Shown: positions 27,120 to 41,294, numbered from the stretch's first letter. The stretch is DNA of 64,000 bases from the human T2T-CHM13v2.0 reference genome, Homo sapiens (GCF_009914755.1 NC_060936.1), one strand, 5' to 3'. Notes: generated by a model from the letters alone, not told the origin. Made by a program: numbers and translations.

Positions 27120-27479
27120 TGTCTTAGTCTTATTGGGCTGCTACAACAAAACACCATAAACTGGGTGGGTTATGAACATCAGAAATGTATTTCTTATAGT
27201 CCTGGAGTCTGGGAAGCCCAAAATCAAGGCACTGGCAGATTTGGTGTCTGATGAAGGCTGTTTCCTGCTTCATGAACAGTTAGTTTTTTTACTGTGTCCT
27301 CACCTGGCAGAAGGATGAGGGATGTCTTTAGGGCTTCTATTGTAAGGGCAGTAATCCCATTCACTGGAGATTTGATCTCACCTCCCAAAGGCCCCAGCTA
27401 CAAATACTCTCATCCTGGGGATTCGTTTTCAAGAACAACAAAAAAATTTTGATGACATACAAACATTCAGAGCATAGCA
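27120..27479 (-). mobile_element. MLT1A LTR (right copy)
   Basis: 'tgtcttagtc...aaacattcagagcatagca'. Confidence 0.85.
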
Positions 27480-30400
27480 CTAGGCCCTAATCCAATCTGA
27501 TTGGTGTCCTTATGGAAGAGGAGATTAGAACATACTAGGGGACACCAGAATATGAGCACACAGAGGAGAGACCACGTGAAGACACAGAAGAAAGCAACCA
27601 TCTGCAAGCTGAAGAGAGAAGTCCCAAAGAAACCAAACCTGCTGACACCTTGATATTGGACTTCTAGCTTCCAGAATTGCGAGAAGATAAATTTCTGTTG
27701 TTTGAGTCATCTCATCTATGGTACTTGATTATGGCAGCCATAGCAAAGTAAGACACCATCCTCTTGAGGATGGATTGCATTAGCCTTATGCAATTAGTAT
27801 GAATGTACTAGAAGATGATGGCATCACTCGAACTGAAATCCAATTTGTGAACATACCGTCTGACTCCTGATACTTCTGCGAAATAATATTAAGTGAAGAA
27901 AGATAAAATGCTAAGAGGGGAGTTCTAAAATTGTTTGGATTAGTGGCATTAGATTTCTCTTCCAGATCCCTTATTCCTATATCTGTCCTACAAATTCTAA
28001 CACAGGGTGAAAGGTTGGAGATCAACATGAATATCTTGCATTTCTCAGCCTTTAGCATAGGGAATGCCTACACATTGTATATCTTCTGTCAGAAAATGTT
28101 TCTATATCCAGTTTCCCATGTTGTCTCCTTGCCTTTTGATATTAATGACTACATTTCTAGCAAAGTTTGCAGAAAGTAGGGGATGATTTCTATGGAGATT
28201 TAGTCCCAGAGGTTAATGGGGTTGTGCATTGTGTGAAGAGTAATGCCTTTCAATGGTGACAAAGTAATGCTCAACAGCTTTCAAGCCACTGCATCCATCA
28301 TCAATTTGGGCTGTGGTTTGTTACTGACATGAAGTGTAATATAGGGTCCTCCAGAAAGCATCATGATTCCGTTTCCCACGGTAACCCCAGCAGTGCATGT
28401 CAGCCAACATCTGGCTTCACAGCTGTGAAATTTACAAGAAGCCTGTGCCCATGCCTCTTTTCAAAGGTAATTTGCTGAACAGCACATACGCTCATTTGAC
28501 GGACACACTGTGGCACCACAGGCACCAACCACAGGGTGATGGGTCCTACAAAATACCCAATCAGCTATTTTATTATTTTAACCAAAGGAAGTATAACATT
28601 GACATTGCAGTAAGTAAAGGATAGTACAAAACTAGACCCTGACATGGACATCAGTACTTACAGCCAAATTGGAAAACCAGCTGATTAACAAAGGACTTTT
28701 CTGAAACAAACCAAGTCATTATGCACCAAGGCAAACTACAGTGGTCATTTTAAAAACTACAGTCGACTTTTAAAGACTCCACAGAAGGCCAGAGGTGTTC
28801 CAATAGCCGCTTACCCTCCCCCCACCAAAAAAAGGGTAAGGGATTTTCGCAGCATTTTTTTCTAATAGTCCTGTATTTAAAATGGATGTTTAAAAGCATT
28901 CGTTTGTCATTCTGTCAGTTGTAAGCAACAAATCATTCTCACTGAGAAATTACAGAGGCTTTCAAGATGCATGAAAGAGAAAAGAGTTGCCACTGGAAGG
29001 AGAGGGCAGCTGTAAATAAGACCCCTTAGGCATGCAGCTGTAATGAGGACTATTCACAGTGCCACTTCATGCCTTTGCTTTCTGCTCACTTATTCCGGAC
29101 ATATTGCTTAAGAGCTCTGTAATCTTTGGGGTTTGAAAAATTTATAGTTATGTGACCAACACCCAGCCCCACCTCCTTCTGGATTGTTCTACATCTAACT
29201 ATACTACAGATTTTCACATGATGAATGATCTTGGATGCCAATGAAAAGGAATAGTTCACTCGGATCTATAGATTCCCTTACTTTGCTAAAATAATATGCT
29301 TCTACATCAAGTTTCAAAATGGTTTGCATTTTTTTGCCCTACCTATGTTTTCCCTCAGCTTCTTTCCATATTTTTCCTTAGTGGAAAATCTATAATAATA
29401 GGTTCTGCTGTTTTATTAAAAATATAAGGGATATTTGGATTGTGTTATTTTATTCTGAGGTCTATTATTACACTTTCCAGTATTTCCTTTTGAAAACATA
29501 ATTAAGTTTATTCTTATAATATAATGTAAATACAATTATTTTCTCATTTGGGGAATATATTTTAGAGTGGCTATTAGCAGTATACAATATTACTTTTATT
29601 TGTTTATAAAAGCCAGAGGAATTAAGACAGTACAAATTCCACGTTCCATTTTTAATCTTCATAGTTCTTTGTAGGTTTAGCCACATTTTCCTTCCTTATT
29701 TATTTCATAATTTGAAAAACCATAATGACATCTACTTGATCTTGAATTGCAATAAAATTTTCATTTTTGTCATAGCATTTACCTCATTTTAGATAAAATT
29801 TGACTTAGATGGTTTGGTTTTAAATTGTTGCTGTTGTTTTCATTTGTAAGCTTCATGGTAGCCTGTACACTAAAAATTACAAATATCACTTGTCCTTGCA
29901 CAAAGTTACCCTCTAATTTAAATATTTTCCCTCAAACTTCCCCTTATTCTGACTTGGGATATCCTCATGTCATTAAAGATTTTGATTTCCTAAAAGGTCC
30001 TCAAAATTTTGTAGAAAAGCACTTTACTCATTACTAACCTAGTATTTACACATATGATTCTAATTTTCTTCCCATGTTTTAAGGCTTTTATAGTAATATT
30101 ACACAAATGGTCTGCCTAACAGCCAATCATTTCCAAGATAAAAATGGGCCAAGAGACAAATGACAGGCAATTATTAAGCCTTTTAAGGAGAAACTGTTAA
30201 GCCTAGAAGAATATTGATACAAACTGACTTTCTGCACAGTGGACTCAACAAAGCTAACATAATTCACACCAGAGATTCTCTATGGGACCATAAATTAATC
30301 AGATTGAAAAGATGGCAACCCAGAAACACAATAAATTGTTCTATGGCATAGTAAGGCACCCTCCACATTCTTATTTTCAATGGCACAATAAGACACATAC

Positions 30401-32599
30401 ACACACACCTGACAAAGAATGAATAATTTTGGAAAAAGCTGCCATGTTTTCAGTTTAATCTAAAGACAGAGAGAGAAAGAGGAGGAGGAGGAGGATCCTA
30501 TATTCACTCCTAACTGCAAGTTTGGAAGAGGTATGAGGAATTTGGGAGTGAGGCAAAGAGGCCACAATGTAAGGGAGAATTGAAATACAACTCGAAAGCC
30601 TGGCATCCATGAGGTGAGAGGAGAGCAGGAGATGCCAGAGTTACCCATTACTGACTTGGCTTACTTTACAGAACACAGGAAACTGTTGCTTCTAAGAAAA
30701 TATCTATTTCATCATAAAAGAATTACAGCTCTTTTGTACATATGAATTTAGCCTGTTTTAATTTTGCCTGGCATTTTGGCTTTGCAAATCTTTAGGTATG
30801 AGTGCTAAAGTGTTATTCCAACCATTTCACTCTTTCCCAGTGAATGTTAGAACAATCACCTTTCGGTTAATAAACATGCAGTTTTTTACAACTACTATCA
30901 CAAGTAACAGTTTAGTGTGTAGAAAGAATCAATGGTAAATTTTGGTGTTTCCAGTAGCTCAATATCTCATTTATCCTTTAGGTATCTGGCAAGCTGTCTT
31001 TCCCTTTTCTGGTCACCACTCCTCTGGGGATGTAGCCAAGTACAAAATTGCACATTTCTCCTCCCACAAGTGTCTCAGCTCCCACAGAAAACAAAATCTA
31101 CATCAAGCATGTTTAAGATGATCTACATGTGAAGTAGAAAGGTTAACACACAAGAGGAGTAACAGACTCATTTATTTATTTATTTTTACCTTCAAGGAGT
31201 TTAAATACAAACACAGAGAGAAAACTGAAAATAAGCATGATTCTAGAATTTGTATTATTGTTATATATATATTTTTTAAGTAGATAAGCATAAAACTAAG
31301 GAATTGCTCAGATGACCAAGTCTGGAGCAAAAACATCTGACACAGGAAAGTGAGAAAATAAAATGGGGGCCTTGAGTAGAAAAATTTCAATGGGTTAATT
31401 TCTGCTGGCGTTCAACATGTTATGCCATAGCAAACAAATAAGAATCATGCTGGGTCTCAATTTATCAGATTCCTTTAATTTACTAAGACTGCATATTAAA
31501 CTAAATTGTTAGCAGCTGGTTGACTACCTCAACCTAACTCAACTCCTGGGAGCAATTACAGAGCTTCTCAAAATCTGTCCCTGTGTGCATCAAATTGATG
31601 TTGGAAAGAAAAAGATACCTCTTTCTAAAGTACTTTATTTCAGCCTTTCAAATTCACCTTCTGAAACCTAGGTGACATTCCTTCTAAACACTGTATACGG
31701 TATTGCTTAAGACAAGGAAAGTTTTCCCCCAAAACTATTTGTGCTCCCTTCACTCTGGTAGAATTTTTGGTAAGTTCTTTGGCCTATGCCCACCATATAC
31801 TAGGCCGCCCTTGCTCACAGAAGGCCACAGCAAACCCCTTCTGCAAGCCCACGATGGAATCGTAAATCTTTACAACTTATTGAAGTCTTCCAGATTTTTA
31901 AATATGCCCATGATCCAGACTTTTTGCTTGCATGTTTAAATGGTTGCCTGATGGCTTGCAACAAGAAGTAGAAAGGCATTTTTCTTAAAATAAGCAAACA
32001 ACCATGGCAAATGAGGTCATATTCCCAAGCTTGAATAATAAATATTGCTAAAATCTACAACCTGAAACATATTTTAAGAATTAGACATAGATTTGGGTTT
32101 TTTCTTTCTTTTTCAGGAAGGGGTCTCCCTTGCTGCCAATAAAAATTGCTTTGTGTTGTAAAATTTGGGTTCAGCTTGTCTCCTCCTTATATAAGCCCAG
32201 TTGAATAGACTGCTGAGGGAAAATCAAAGTTTAAGAGCCTGGCTTTTCCCGTTTGGCAACTTTCATTTCCTGATAATATCGGATAATTAACAAATTGTGT
32301 GTTTTAATGCCCTGTCTCTTGAAGCGCATTTGGGAAAAATACTTCTTGTGCCCTCTGAGTAATGGCTTAAATGGAAGAACATGCTCAAAAGAATGCTTTT
32401 TCTCAATGCATGAAACACACTCAGCATTTATTATTTTAATTGCTACACATCATGTGTATACTCGTTCGTGTAATTATATACATATTTAAAGGGCAAGAGG
32501 AAAAGATTATTTTAGGACTCTATAATTCATTATGAGCAAGGCATTGAAAATTTCTAACTCAAGATGAAAATTCATAAAAATTCTTTGGCAAAAACACCT

Positions 32600-33500
32600 T
32601 AGTATTCTCAATACGGTAACTGACTTTTTTTTTTTTGCGTTATGAAATAACTAGATACTACCGTGCGTTGCTTTTGGATAAAAGGGGAATGCTGTTTCTT
32701 AGCCTTTCTGTCTCTTTACTAAATGGATAATTCAGGACTGGGAAATGCAGCTCTAAGTTTGTTGTTTACGAAAAACACATGCTAATGTAACAGCGTATGA
32801 GGAATTAAAGAGAAAATGTCAAACGCGCCTTGACATCCAAAATGCATTTAGCTGTTGGCTTTTACTACAGGGCCTTTCACTCTCCAGCCGACCCCCTCCA
32901 AGACCAAGTGTTTTTGCGTGTTGGGCTAAAAATAGCCAGCCAAGCCTAACAACTAGCTTCTGATTGGCTCAGAGCAAAGGCCACTCAGCCAATAAGAGCT
33001 TCTGGGAACAAAAGCAATTCTTTTGTGTGAGATACTCAACCCACGTCAAAACAGCTTCAGGCTGTAGAAATGATTTTGGTTGAGCTTTAACAAGGTAATA
33101 ATGCATTTCAGCCCTCTGAAAGGTTTGAAGCGGAACAAAGGGAGTAGTGAAATCTACAAAACAAATGGAGCGCTCAAGGCTTTCATGGGATGAATCATCC
33201 GGGTGCCTGAGCTACAAACAGTTGCAAGCTCAGAAAAGAAAAAGCGCTAGGATTTTCTTTCTTTCTTCCTGAGATTTTAACTTATTTTTCAAGCGAAAAA
33301 CAAAACAAAACAAAAACAAAAAACTAACGAAAAGCCATCAAAGGCGTTGTATCTTGACTATGCCCAAATTTGTTATTATGCTTATTTGATGATGAATAAA
33401 AAGCAATTCTTCCACGGTTCCCTTAAATCTCACAAAGAGAAAACAAATGTATGTGTAGTAGATAGTAGGTAGTAAAGCTCCCGAAACTTTGGGCTTTCGT
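32600..33500. promoter_or_regulatory. Putative promoter/enhancer: locally CpG-enriched unique DNA with an inverted CCAAT pair, a GAS site and a CRE-like site
   Basis: About 21 CpGs in 900 bp by hand count; ATTGG 32963-32967, CCAAT 32989-32993, TTCTGGGAA 33000-33008, CCACGTCA 33041-33048. Confidence 0.55.
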
Positions 33501-35615
33501 TTTTGGGCACCAAAAGCAGCCCATGTTTTCAGAGTAAAGGCAGGTCTTGATTAATGCTGTGATAGTTCTCAAGGTAAGCAAATTACAGCAGCACTTGATT
33601 GGAGAAAAGCATTGAAGTTTTGGAGGTTTTGGCCACTTTCAAGGCATTGTGCCTCTAGGGGTCGCTGTTGGACAGCGGACGAACCTCTTCAGGGCATCCT
33701 TCCCCCTTTAATAGTCACTAAAAGAAAAAGCTTAGTAGGCGCCTTTCAGGTAGAACAAAAGGGAGTGGGGAGTCAGTGTTTGAGACCCTTGAGCATGGTT
33801 TATGGTCATCACTATGGGACAAAGCATCCCATAACAATGCAGATTACTTTATATGGAAATGAAATGCCATAAAGGACAAAATGTTGCTACAGTAACCACT
33901 GAAAATGTTACATAACACATAGGAGCTCATAGGCCATTTCATGGCCTTAAACTGGCTTTATTGTATGGAAAATAATTAAAAGATGATGTGGTGCTTTATA
34001 GGCTTCCTTTTTAGGAAACAGAAGGACCCACACTTTAACCTCTCACATAGGAAACCTGTGTAGGTTACCAAGTCCTGAAGTTGGCAGAGAAATACAGGTC
34101 ACAAACAGACTGTTCCCATGTTCTCCTCCCAGAAAACTATGGATTCAATGTAACTTTTTCCCTTGAATATAGCTTTTATGATAAACAATTAGTAAATGAA
34201 TCCTTAATTAAGCTTTATTCCTGGTGTGGCACAACAAGACCTAAGAAAATCAAACATCTCAGTAAAACTGAAACATATTTTTATTATCTGATTGGTTATA
34301 ATCAAGAAGCAATATTTCTGTAACAGTTACCTGTCTAAGGAAATGCATAATCTGTCATAAAATATTGCATTCATCAATTATTGGCCCCAGCTGCATTTAT
34401 GAGCCTATAATCTTTTGCCATAAAACATGGATGTTGGGGAGAGGGGCTGTAGAGAGGAGTATCATATTCATTAACCAATACTACAGAAACTAAAAGTGGT
34501 AGTAGACCCTTTTTTTTCTATTGCATTCAGTTTATAATAGTTTCCTTTGACAATAATAATTATAATAATAAAAGAAAAAGAAAAATCCACCTAGGAATTG
34601 TATTCCTAAACAACGAAATCTCCAGATGACTACGGATATGTAGTTTTCAACATGCAATATCTGGAAAGAATGTGGGTTCTGTTTCTTTGCAGTAATTCTG
34701 TGTGTTTTATAGTCTTTGCTTTATCATCCTGGCCTAGAGCCAGTTAAAGAAATTCATCACCAAATGTGCAACAACCCATGAGAGGGAGTCCAGCATTGAG
34801 TTTGGAAATAGAATGAGGTGATTGTAGAGGAAGAGGCCGAGGCTGTCAGTGATGTATTTCCCTATCTCCCTGAGCCTGTCAGCTATTGAGTTGCTCAAGT
34901 CCCAGCCCTGACACCTAGCTGCCCCTGTGCCACCATCAGGATGCCCAGTGAGAGAAGAAGAGATGGGGAAATGGAAAGAAATCATCCTGTCCCACCTGCC
35001 CATGCAGTAAAGAAGACAAGGAAGAATTTGTAGAAGCCAGGGGTGGAGAGTCTTCCCCCAGAGGAGAGAGGCTCATTGGTCATAGGCCCTAGGGCAGTGG
35101 AACCACAGCCCTGGTCCTCAGATGAATGTGGGAGAAGGCAGGATGACTCCAGAGTTGAATATTAGATGTCAGGAGCCCGCAGAAGTGAGAGATGGCTACC
35201 AGGAGATGGGACCACAGCTGGGTTCCAAACATGACCAAAGATTCCCACCTGAGACTGGTACACAAGCACTTGAGAACTGCCAGATGTCAAGGGGATCTTC
35301 TGGATAGTGAAAAAATCAGAAGTGACCATGTTAGCCAGAACATCAGCTTCTTCCCTATTTTCATGAAGATTTAAGGCTCCCAGTCTCTGGTGCTATTTTG
35401 AAAAGGCTAGAGGAATTCTTGGCAATATGGTAGAATTGAGTCTTGGAGTTAAAACTACGTTAGATTAAGATAAATAATACAAAAGCCATTTCTAACATAT
35501 CTGAGATTTGCATTATACAAAAGACCATAGTTTATATTTTCTAACAACTGTGTTATTTATCACTGCATTCGTTCCTCAGTACAATCCTATAATGGAATTA
35601 GGACAGGTGTCCTGA

Positions 35616-35745
35616 TCCATTTATGCCTAGTGTTCCATTATTGGAACGCTAAGCATCTGGGAGTTATTTATATCCTGCTGCTCAAGGTCATCACCAAGAT
35701 CTGATTGCAAAAATTCAAAAAATTGCAGCTTCAGGCACAAATGGG
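35616..35745 (+). mobile_element. MER85 piggyBac (PGBD3-derived) MITE
   Basis: 'ccatttatgcctagtgttccattattggaac...caggcacaaatggg' followed by TTAA (35746-35749); the left TTAA has decayed to ctga. Confidence 0.92.
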
Positions 35746-36762
35746 TTAATTAGCATTAACAAAGCAAGCCCTTCTGACTTTTATGTTATTCTTCACAAAA
35801 CTCTCTAGGATTTGTCATTATTATATTAAGTAAACATTTTGAAGTTTTGTAAACACTAAGTTGAGGGACTTGGCAAAGATCATTCAGGCTCTGTCTTCTG
35901 TGCTGAAACAAAATTGATAATTGAGATACTTTTCTGAGTAATTTTATTATGAAATCCTCCTCTTATCAGAAATACCTGCATCATGTTTCATTGCTAATTT
36001 TGGAAACAGAACAACAGACCTTTGAGAGAGCACTGGCTTGGAAACTAGATTTTGAGATTAACTGTTATGTAAGGACTTAGGATTTTGCTAGTTACAGGTG
36101 CCAGGGAGAAATTGGTCATAGCTAGGAAGCTAAAAAATGGAAGCCAAGCTATATAAAAGACAAGATCCCGTAGCCATGCACTAGGTAAAGGGTATGGTCA
36201 TGAGGACTGGAAGCCCAGTAATTCCAAAATTAGGTGGAAGTGATTTTACAAAAAAGTCTATAATTGTGACGGTATGGATAGACAAGAAATCAAGAATCCT
36301 GAGTAGCACAGCTAGAACTGGAAATGGTAAGTAGCAAATTTATAAAGTCTAGAAAGTTAGCAGCAAATCTTGGTTATGAATGGCCTAAGTCATATGAAAT
36401 CCAGATCCTCACAAAGGGAACTGAAGCACCAAAATGGAGGAGGAGTCAATATTGAGGAAATAACTACTTCCTAGGAACCTAGTGTAGAAGTGCAAACAGC
36501 TGTGGATTCTCAGTTCTAGATCAGGAATCATAAGTGAGGGGCACTCCTACCATTGTCCTTTCATTCACATTTGTCAGACACCAGGCATCACCAGTGAAAC
36601 ACAGCACCCTTTTCTGTGACATCTGGAAGCGGCCTTAATATCTTTCTCAATACAGTGACCCAAGAAACCACAGGAAATCAATTGGAATCACAGTTTTGGG
36701 TGTATATTAAGCAAACAACTTAATGTAGCCTATAGGAGAATTAGAGTCACAGTTCTATAGAG

Positions 36763-36892
36763 TAGGGTGACTATACATCGCACATGTCCCAGAATGTTTT
36801 TTGTTTACATCTCTTGTTACAACATAATTAATAGCACCCCATTCACTCTCAAAGGTGTCCCAAGTATGGACTATAAATTATATTGTCCTTCT
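36763..36892 (+). mobile_element. MER94 hAT-Blackjack MITE within a MIR remnant
   Basis: 'tagggtgactata...taattaatagcaccccattcactctcaaaggtgtccc...taaattatat'. Confidence 0.75.
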
Positions 36893-39399
36893 GTTTATGG
36901 GGAAAATAGTCAGACATCCAAGCCCTACTTCTGACTGACCATGTAATCTTAAGGCTATGTAAAACCACTGAATCAAGTTACTGAAGAAAACAGATACCCT
37001 GTATATTTGGTACCATGGAGATCACATTTGTTTTATGCATATGCATGATCTGTTTATGGATTATGGGTCTCAAATTCCCTTCTAAGAGAAATGAATACCT
37101 ACATTCAAAACTAAAAGGGAGTGATCAGTGACATAAAAAATACTCAATGTGTTTTGTGATCCTTGAGATCAGAGGCTATGAAATGAAGTAAAGAATATTT
37201 TACTTAATATTGTTATATACATTGCAAGAAACATTACTTCAAGTTTGCTAATGTATTTGTTCTCTCAACAAACAATTACAGAATGCCTGTGATAAAAGAG
37301 CAAATGTGTGGGATAGGTACTGCCATTCCCAGTTTCCTACTCCCATAGCCGACATCGCTAATTGATCATGGAACTCTTTCCCTCTCAGAACAGGCTACAC
37401 ATCAGAATCCTTCTCCACAAGTCTTCTTGGCACCCACACCATTAAACAGAACTTATACTTGAGTTGAGCTCAAGTTTCTGTCCATCCCCAGCCCTGCCCT
37501 TCTGTCAGGTCCTGTACTAAATGGTAGAAGTACTGAAAAGCAATCAAATTATGATTGCTTTTGAGAGGCCTCTGGTCTACTGGAGGAGACAGACAAGCAC
37601 ATGCTTCATTGCAGGGATAGGACTAGGGGATGCTTGTGCACCAGGTGCCAGTATCATCGTTGTCTGCTGATGATGGACCTATATGCAAAACACTAGAAGG
37701 ATTTTAGGTGAGCCTTTGTGCAGTCTAATGAAAGCTTGACAGATAAAAGATACTTACGTTGGAATTTGAAGAGCAGTTAAGGATCAGATCAAGAAGTAAG
37801 AGAGTCCAAAACAGAAGAAACAGCATATGCACAACCATTGTGAAATAAAGTGAGAGTAAAATCAGGTGGGGCATGGGAGTGGTGGCAGTGGGGGAGGCAT
37901 GCTGGTGCAGAAAGGCTTGATTTTAGGGATTAATGTGAAATACAAATTAGAGGTATGTCCACATTGAAAGCAAATCAGTAGGAGTAAGACATTCACCAGT
38001 TATTTGCCTACGTGTAAAATTGTTTTGATGAAGTATTTTTTTTAAATTAATTAAGCTGTAAAGAATTCATTACATCAACCCCTCCCCTCCCCTCATTTGG
38101 CTTAATGTAGCTACAGATGCAGGTTCCAATATTTCTTGTGCAGTCTTTTACTTATTTCTCCTCAAACTCCTTTCTTAAATTAAGGGCAAACAGCCTTGTC
38201 TTCCCTGATACATCGGTCAGGTTTTTAGGTTTATTTGTTCTTTTATGTTTCTTATTCTACAGCCATACTACATTTAGCTCCCATGTCTGCATCTAAAATC
38301 TAAAATGTATACTTGCTGTCTACAAAACCAAAAATGCTGTGGTATTTTAGTACGTGGAAGACTCAGTTCATGATTTTTAATGCCCAAATATTATTGAAAA
38401 TGCAGCTTGTACGTTTTTCTACCCACAAGCTCTCCAGATCCATCTTTAGAGTATTTTATCAAGTTCCAGTCTCTGGAGTCATTCTGTAGTCTTGCCTGCC
38501 TTTTTCCATAAAATTTACTTAGCTCTGTGGACTGGTCCTCTCCTAGTTTTAATCCCTATTTGTCCCAGTATATATTTATCTAGATTGTACAGCTAGCTTT
38601 GGGTTCTATGCTACCTATTCCTCTAGTCTACCACTAGAATTATCCAGAATTATCTTCTATTGCACCTCAAGAAGCTCCCATCATCTCCATTGTCCCAAGT
38701 CCCATCCCAAGTACTATGGAATTTCCTCTTTCTTACCTCAAAATTGTGTTCTCTTTAGAAATGTCATTAGTTTTGTAGATCATAAATATCCTGAAATCAT
38801 TGAGTGTATACCTCTAGGGTGACTATTCATTATTCTGGACTTATAATTTTAACCTAATTATAGAGGCAAAATATTTCTGAATCTATCTATACATGTTATA
38901 TAGTTGTAGATCTAGAGGTAGCTTTTCTCAAGATAAAAAGTAAAAATAAATCTCAATTCTTTTTTTCAGACAAAGGTTTCTCTTTTCTAGTTACAATTCT
39001 CTGATGACTATAACTGATATTTAAACCTCAGAATATTTTGGGTTCAGTTCAGATAAGCATCTACGACTTTGAATGTTATTTCAACATTTTGAGTACATAA
39101 ATTAAAAATGTATGAACAAATAGCTCACATCAGATTTTTGCTCTGAGATATAATCATTTCCAGCAACAAAGTATGTGAATGACAAAAGCAGTATCAATTT
39201 TATCTGACCTACATGCTTATGAACAGGTTCTTTTCCAAGAGTTTATTTGTAGGTCATTTAGAAGTCCAAATCAGCTTTGCTCATTGAAACAGTGCTAAGC
39301 TGTGGTGAGGTGCTGAGGCCAGCCTGTCAGAGCCTGGCATGGAGTGCTAAGACTCCTGAAGGGCTTTTGTAGTAGACCCTGAGTTGGGGAACAGTGATA

Positions 39400-39605
39400 A
39401 TGATACTTGACATTGATAATTATTCAGCTCTGTATGCTTTCCATGTGTTAACTCATTTAACCACAACCGTATGAGACAGGCACTACTTTCATACGGAGTT
39501 AATGAGGACAAAGAGGTTGAATAGCTTATACACAGCACTCAACTTGCAGAAGTTGAATTTGAATCCAGATATTCTGGCTCCAGGGCTAGTGTTCTCAACC
39601 ACCAC
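39400..39605 (-). mobile_element. MIR
   Basis: 'ttaactcatttaaccacaacc.tatgag...tttgaatccagatattctggctccag'. Confidence 0.75.
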
Positions 39606-39909
39606 TTCTGGAAAGGGGATGGGGAGGATGGGGAAAAGAAACTGCTCAGAACAAATGTGGGTGTGAGGGGAGATGACAACTGGAAGAAGGGATTGAGAAG
39701 AATCAGCTGTGAAGGAGGAGATGCTGATCATTAGCAGGGTGGAATTTTGCCTCCATTCCTTCCTCTTAACTTTCAAAATCTTCTTTATTATCTTTCATTA
39801 TCATGTCCTCATTTAGTCTTCCTTTTCTTTTCTTTCTTATACCACAGCAGATTCTACTACTGAAGGTGTATTGAGTAACAGGGAATATGGAATTGGAGAT
39901 GAACTGGGT

Positions 39910-40025
39910 TAGGGTAACAATTGTCCTGGTTTGCCCCTGCCTTAAGGGGTTACTGGGAACACCAGATATCCAGTTTTAAGACCAGGAAAGTTTCTGGCAA
40001 ATGAGAACTAGGTTGGTCACCTTAG
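39910..40025. mobile_element. MER81-like hAT MITE
   Basis: TIRs 'tagggtaacaa' / 'ttggtcacctta'. Confidence 0.65.
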
Positions 40026-41294
40026 TATGTGTATGACAGAACTGTTGTCACAAGACCCTGTACAAACACAAGGAGGAAGGGAAACGGGAACCAAAAAGAA
40101 TTCCTCAGGAGCAGTGACCATGGGAAATTTGTGAGAGCTGAACTTCAAGCAGCTGGGATGGATTTTGAGCTTCAAACTCCCAAGTGCATTGAGAACATTA
40201 AGCAAAAGTTTCTGCTTGATCATTTCTCCCCAGTTCTTAAGTAGTATTTAGACAGATTAAATTTGGCCCCAAACTAGGTCATGAGGTTTTACAAGAGTGT
40301 GGAGGACAGTGGGAAGCTGCTTTTATCTGATGAAAGCAACTGGAAAAACAACACTGTTAAAAGTTTACTTGTCCCTACAGGAAAGAAATGTCTTATTCAA
40401 ATTACCCAGGGCCACTTCATGTTCCTTCCTTGTTTAGTGATTGAAGGAAAAAATAACATTGCTATCAACTTAAATTTCATATACAGATAATAAATAGTTT
40501 TTGAAATAACTATTAAACATACTGAGAAACAGGCTGAAATACTCTCTAAAATTCTATGCTGTCTACTGTGTTCAGATTTACTCTATTTCTACAGTTATTA
40601 GTTATCAACTGAGTTACTGTCCTTATCTTCTTAAAACTATAATTTGTTGGGTTTATTTTTTAGTATTTAAAATATTACTAAATGATTTAAACAATTGTTT
40701 ACCATTGTTGATTTTAAATGAGTATTTTCTATCATAAAAATACATTTTGAAGAGATTTACAATGAAAACATTTTCCAAAGTAGCAAAAATATAGCCTTTG
40801 ACATGAATTAACTGCTTTTCCAAGCACCCTTATGAGACATATTTTTAAATTGTTTTTAGAGGTATTCTAAGTACATAAAGTTTCTGGAACACTCTTAATG
40901 AAACGTTTTTGAAGTTGAAAATATAATGGCAAACGAAGGCAGCCTGTCTAGATAAAACTATAAAAAATAGTCAAGTAACCTTTCCACCATGTATAATCAA
41001 GACACCTTATACCTTATTATATACCTGATATAATCTATTATATTTAAAATAAAATGCTTCAATTCTTCTAGAAAAAAAAATTTGAAATGCCCATTAATTC
41101 ATGAGTTTATCATTAAAATTCTATATTACTATGTGAGGCAAAGCCAGATTTTCTACTGATTTCTTTTGGCACCAAAAAAGAAATAGAAAGAATAAGATAA
41201 TAAATCCATAGGATCCTCAACTTAAATCATGGTTAATTTATTAGTCAAATCTTGGTGCAATGACAAACAACTCTAAGTTATCAGTGGTTTATGA

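Noticed and set aside
34650-36560. Possible ancient LTR remnants (Gypsy-like/LTR85-type) either side of MER85
   Set aside because: Purine-skewed and LTR-like, but I cannot assign a family or boundaries from sequence alone.
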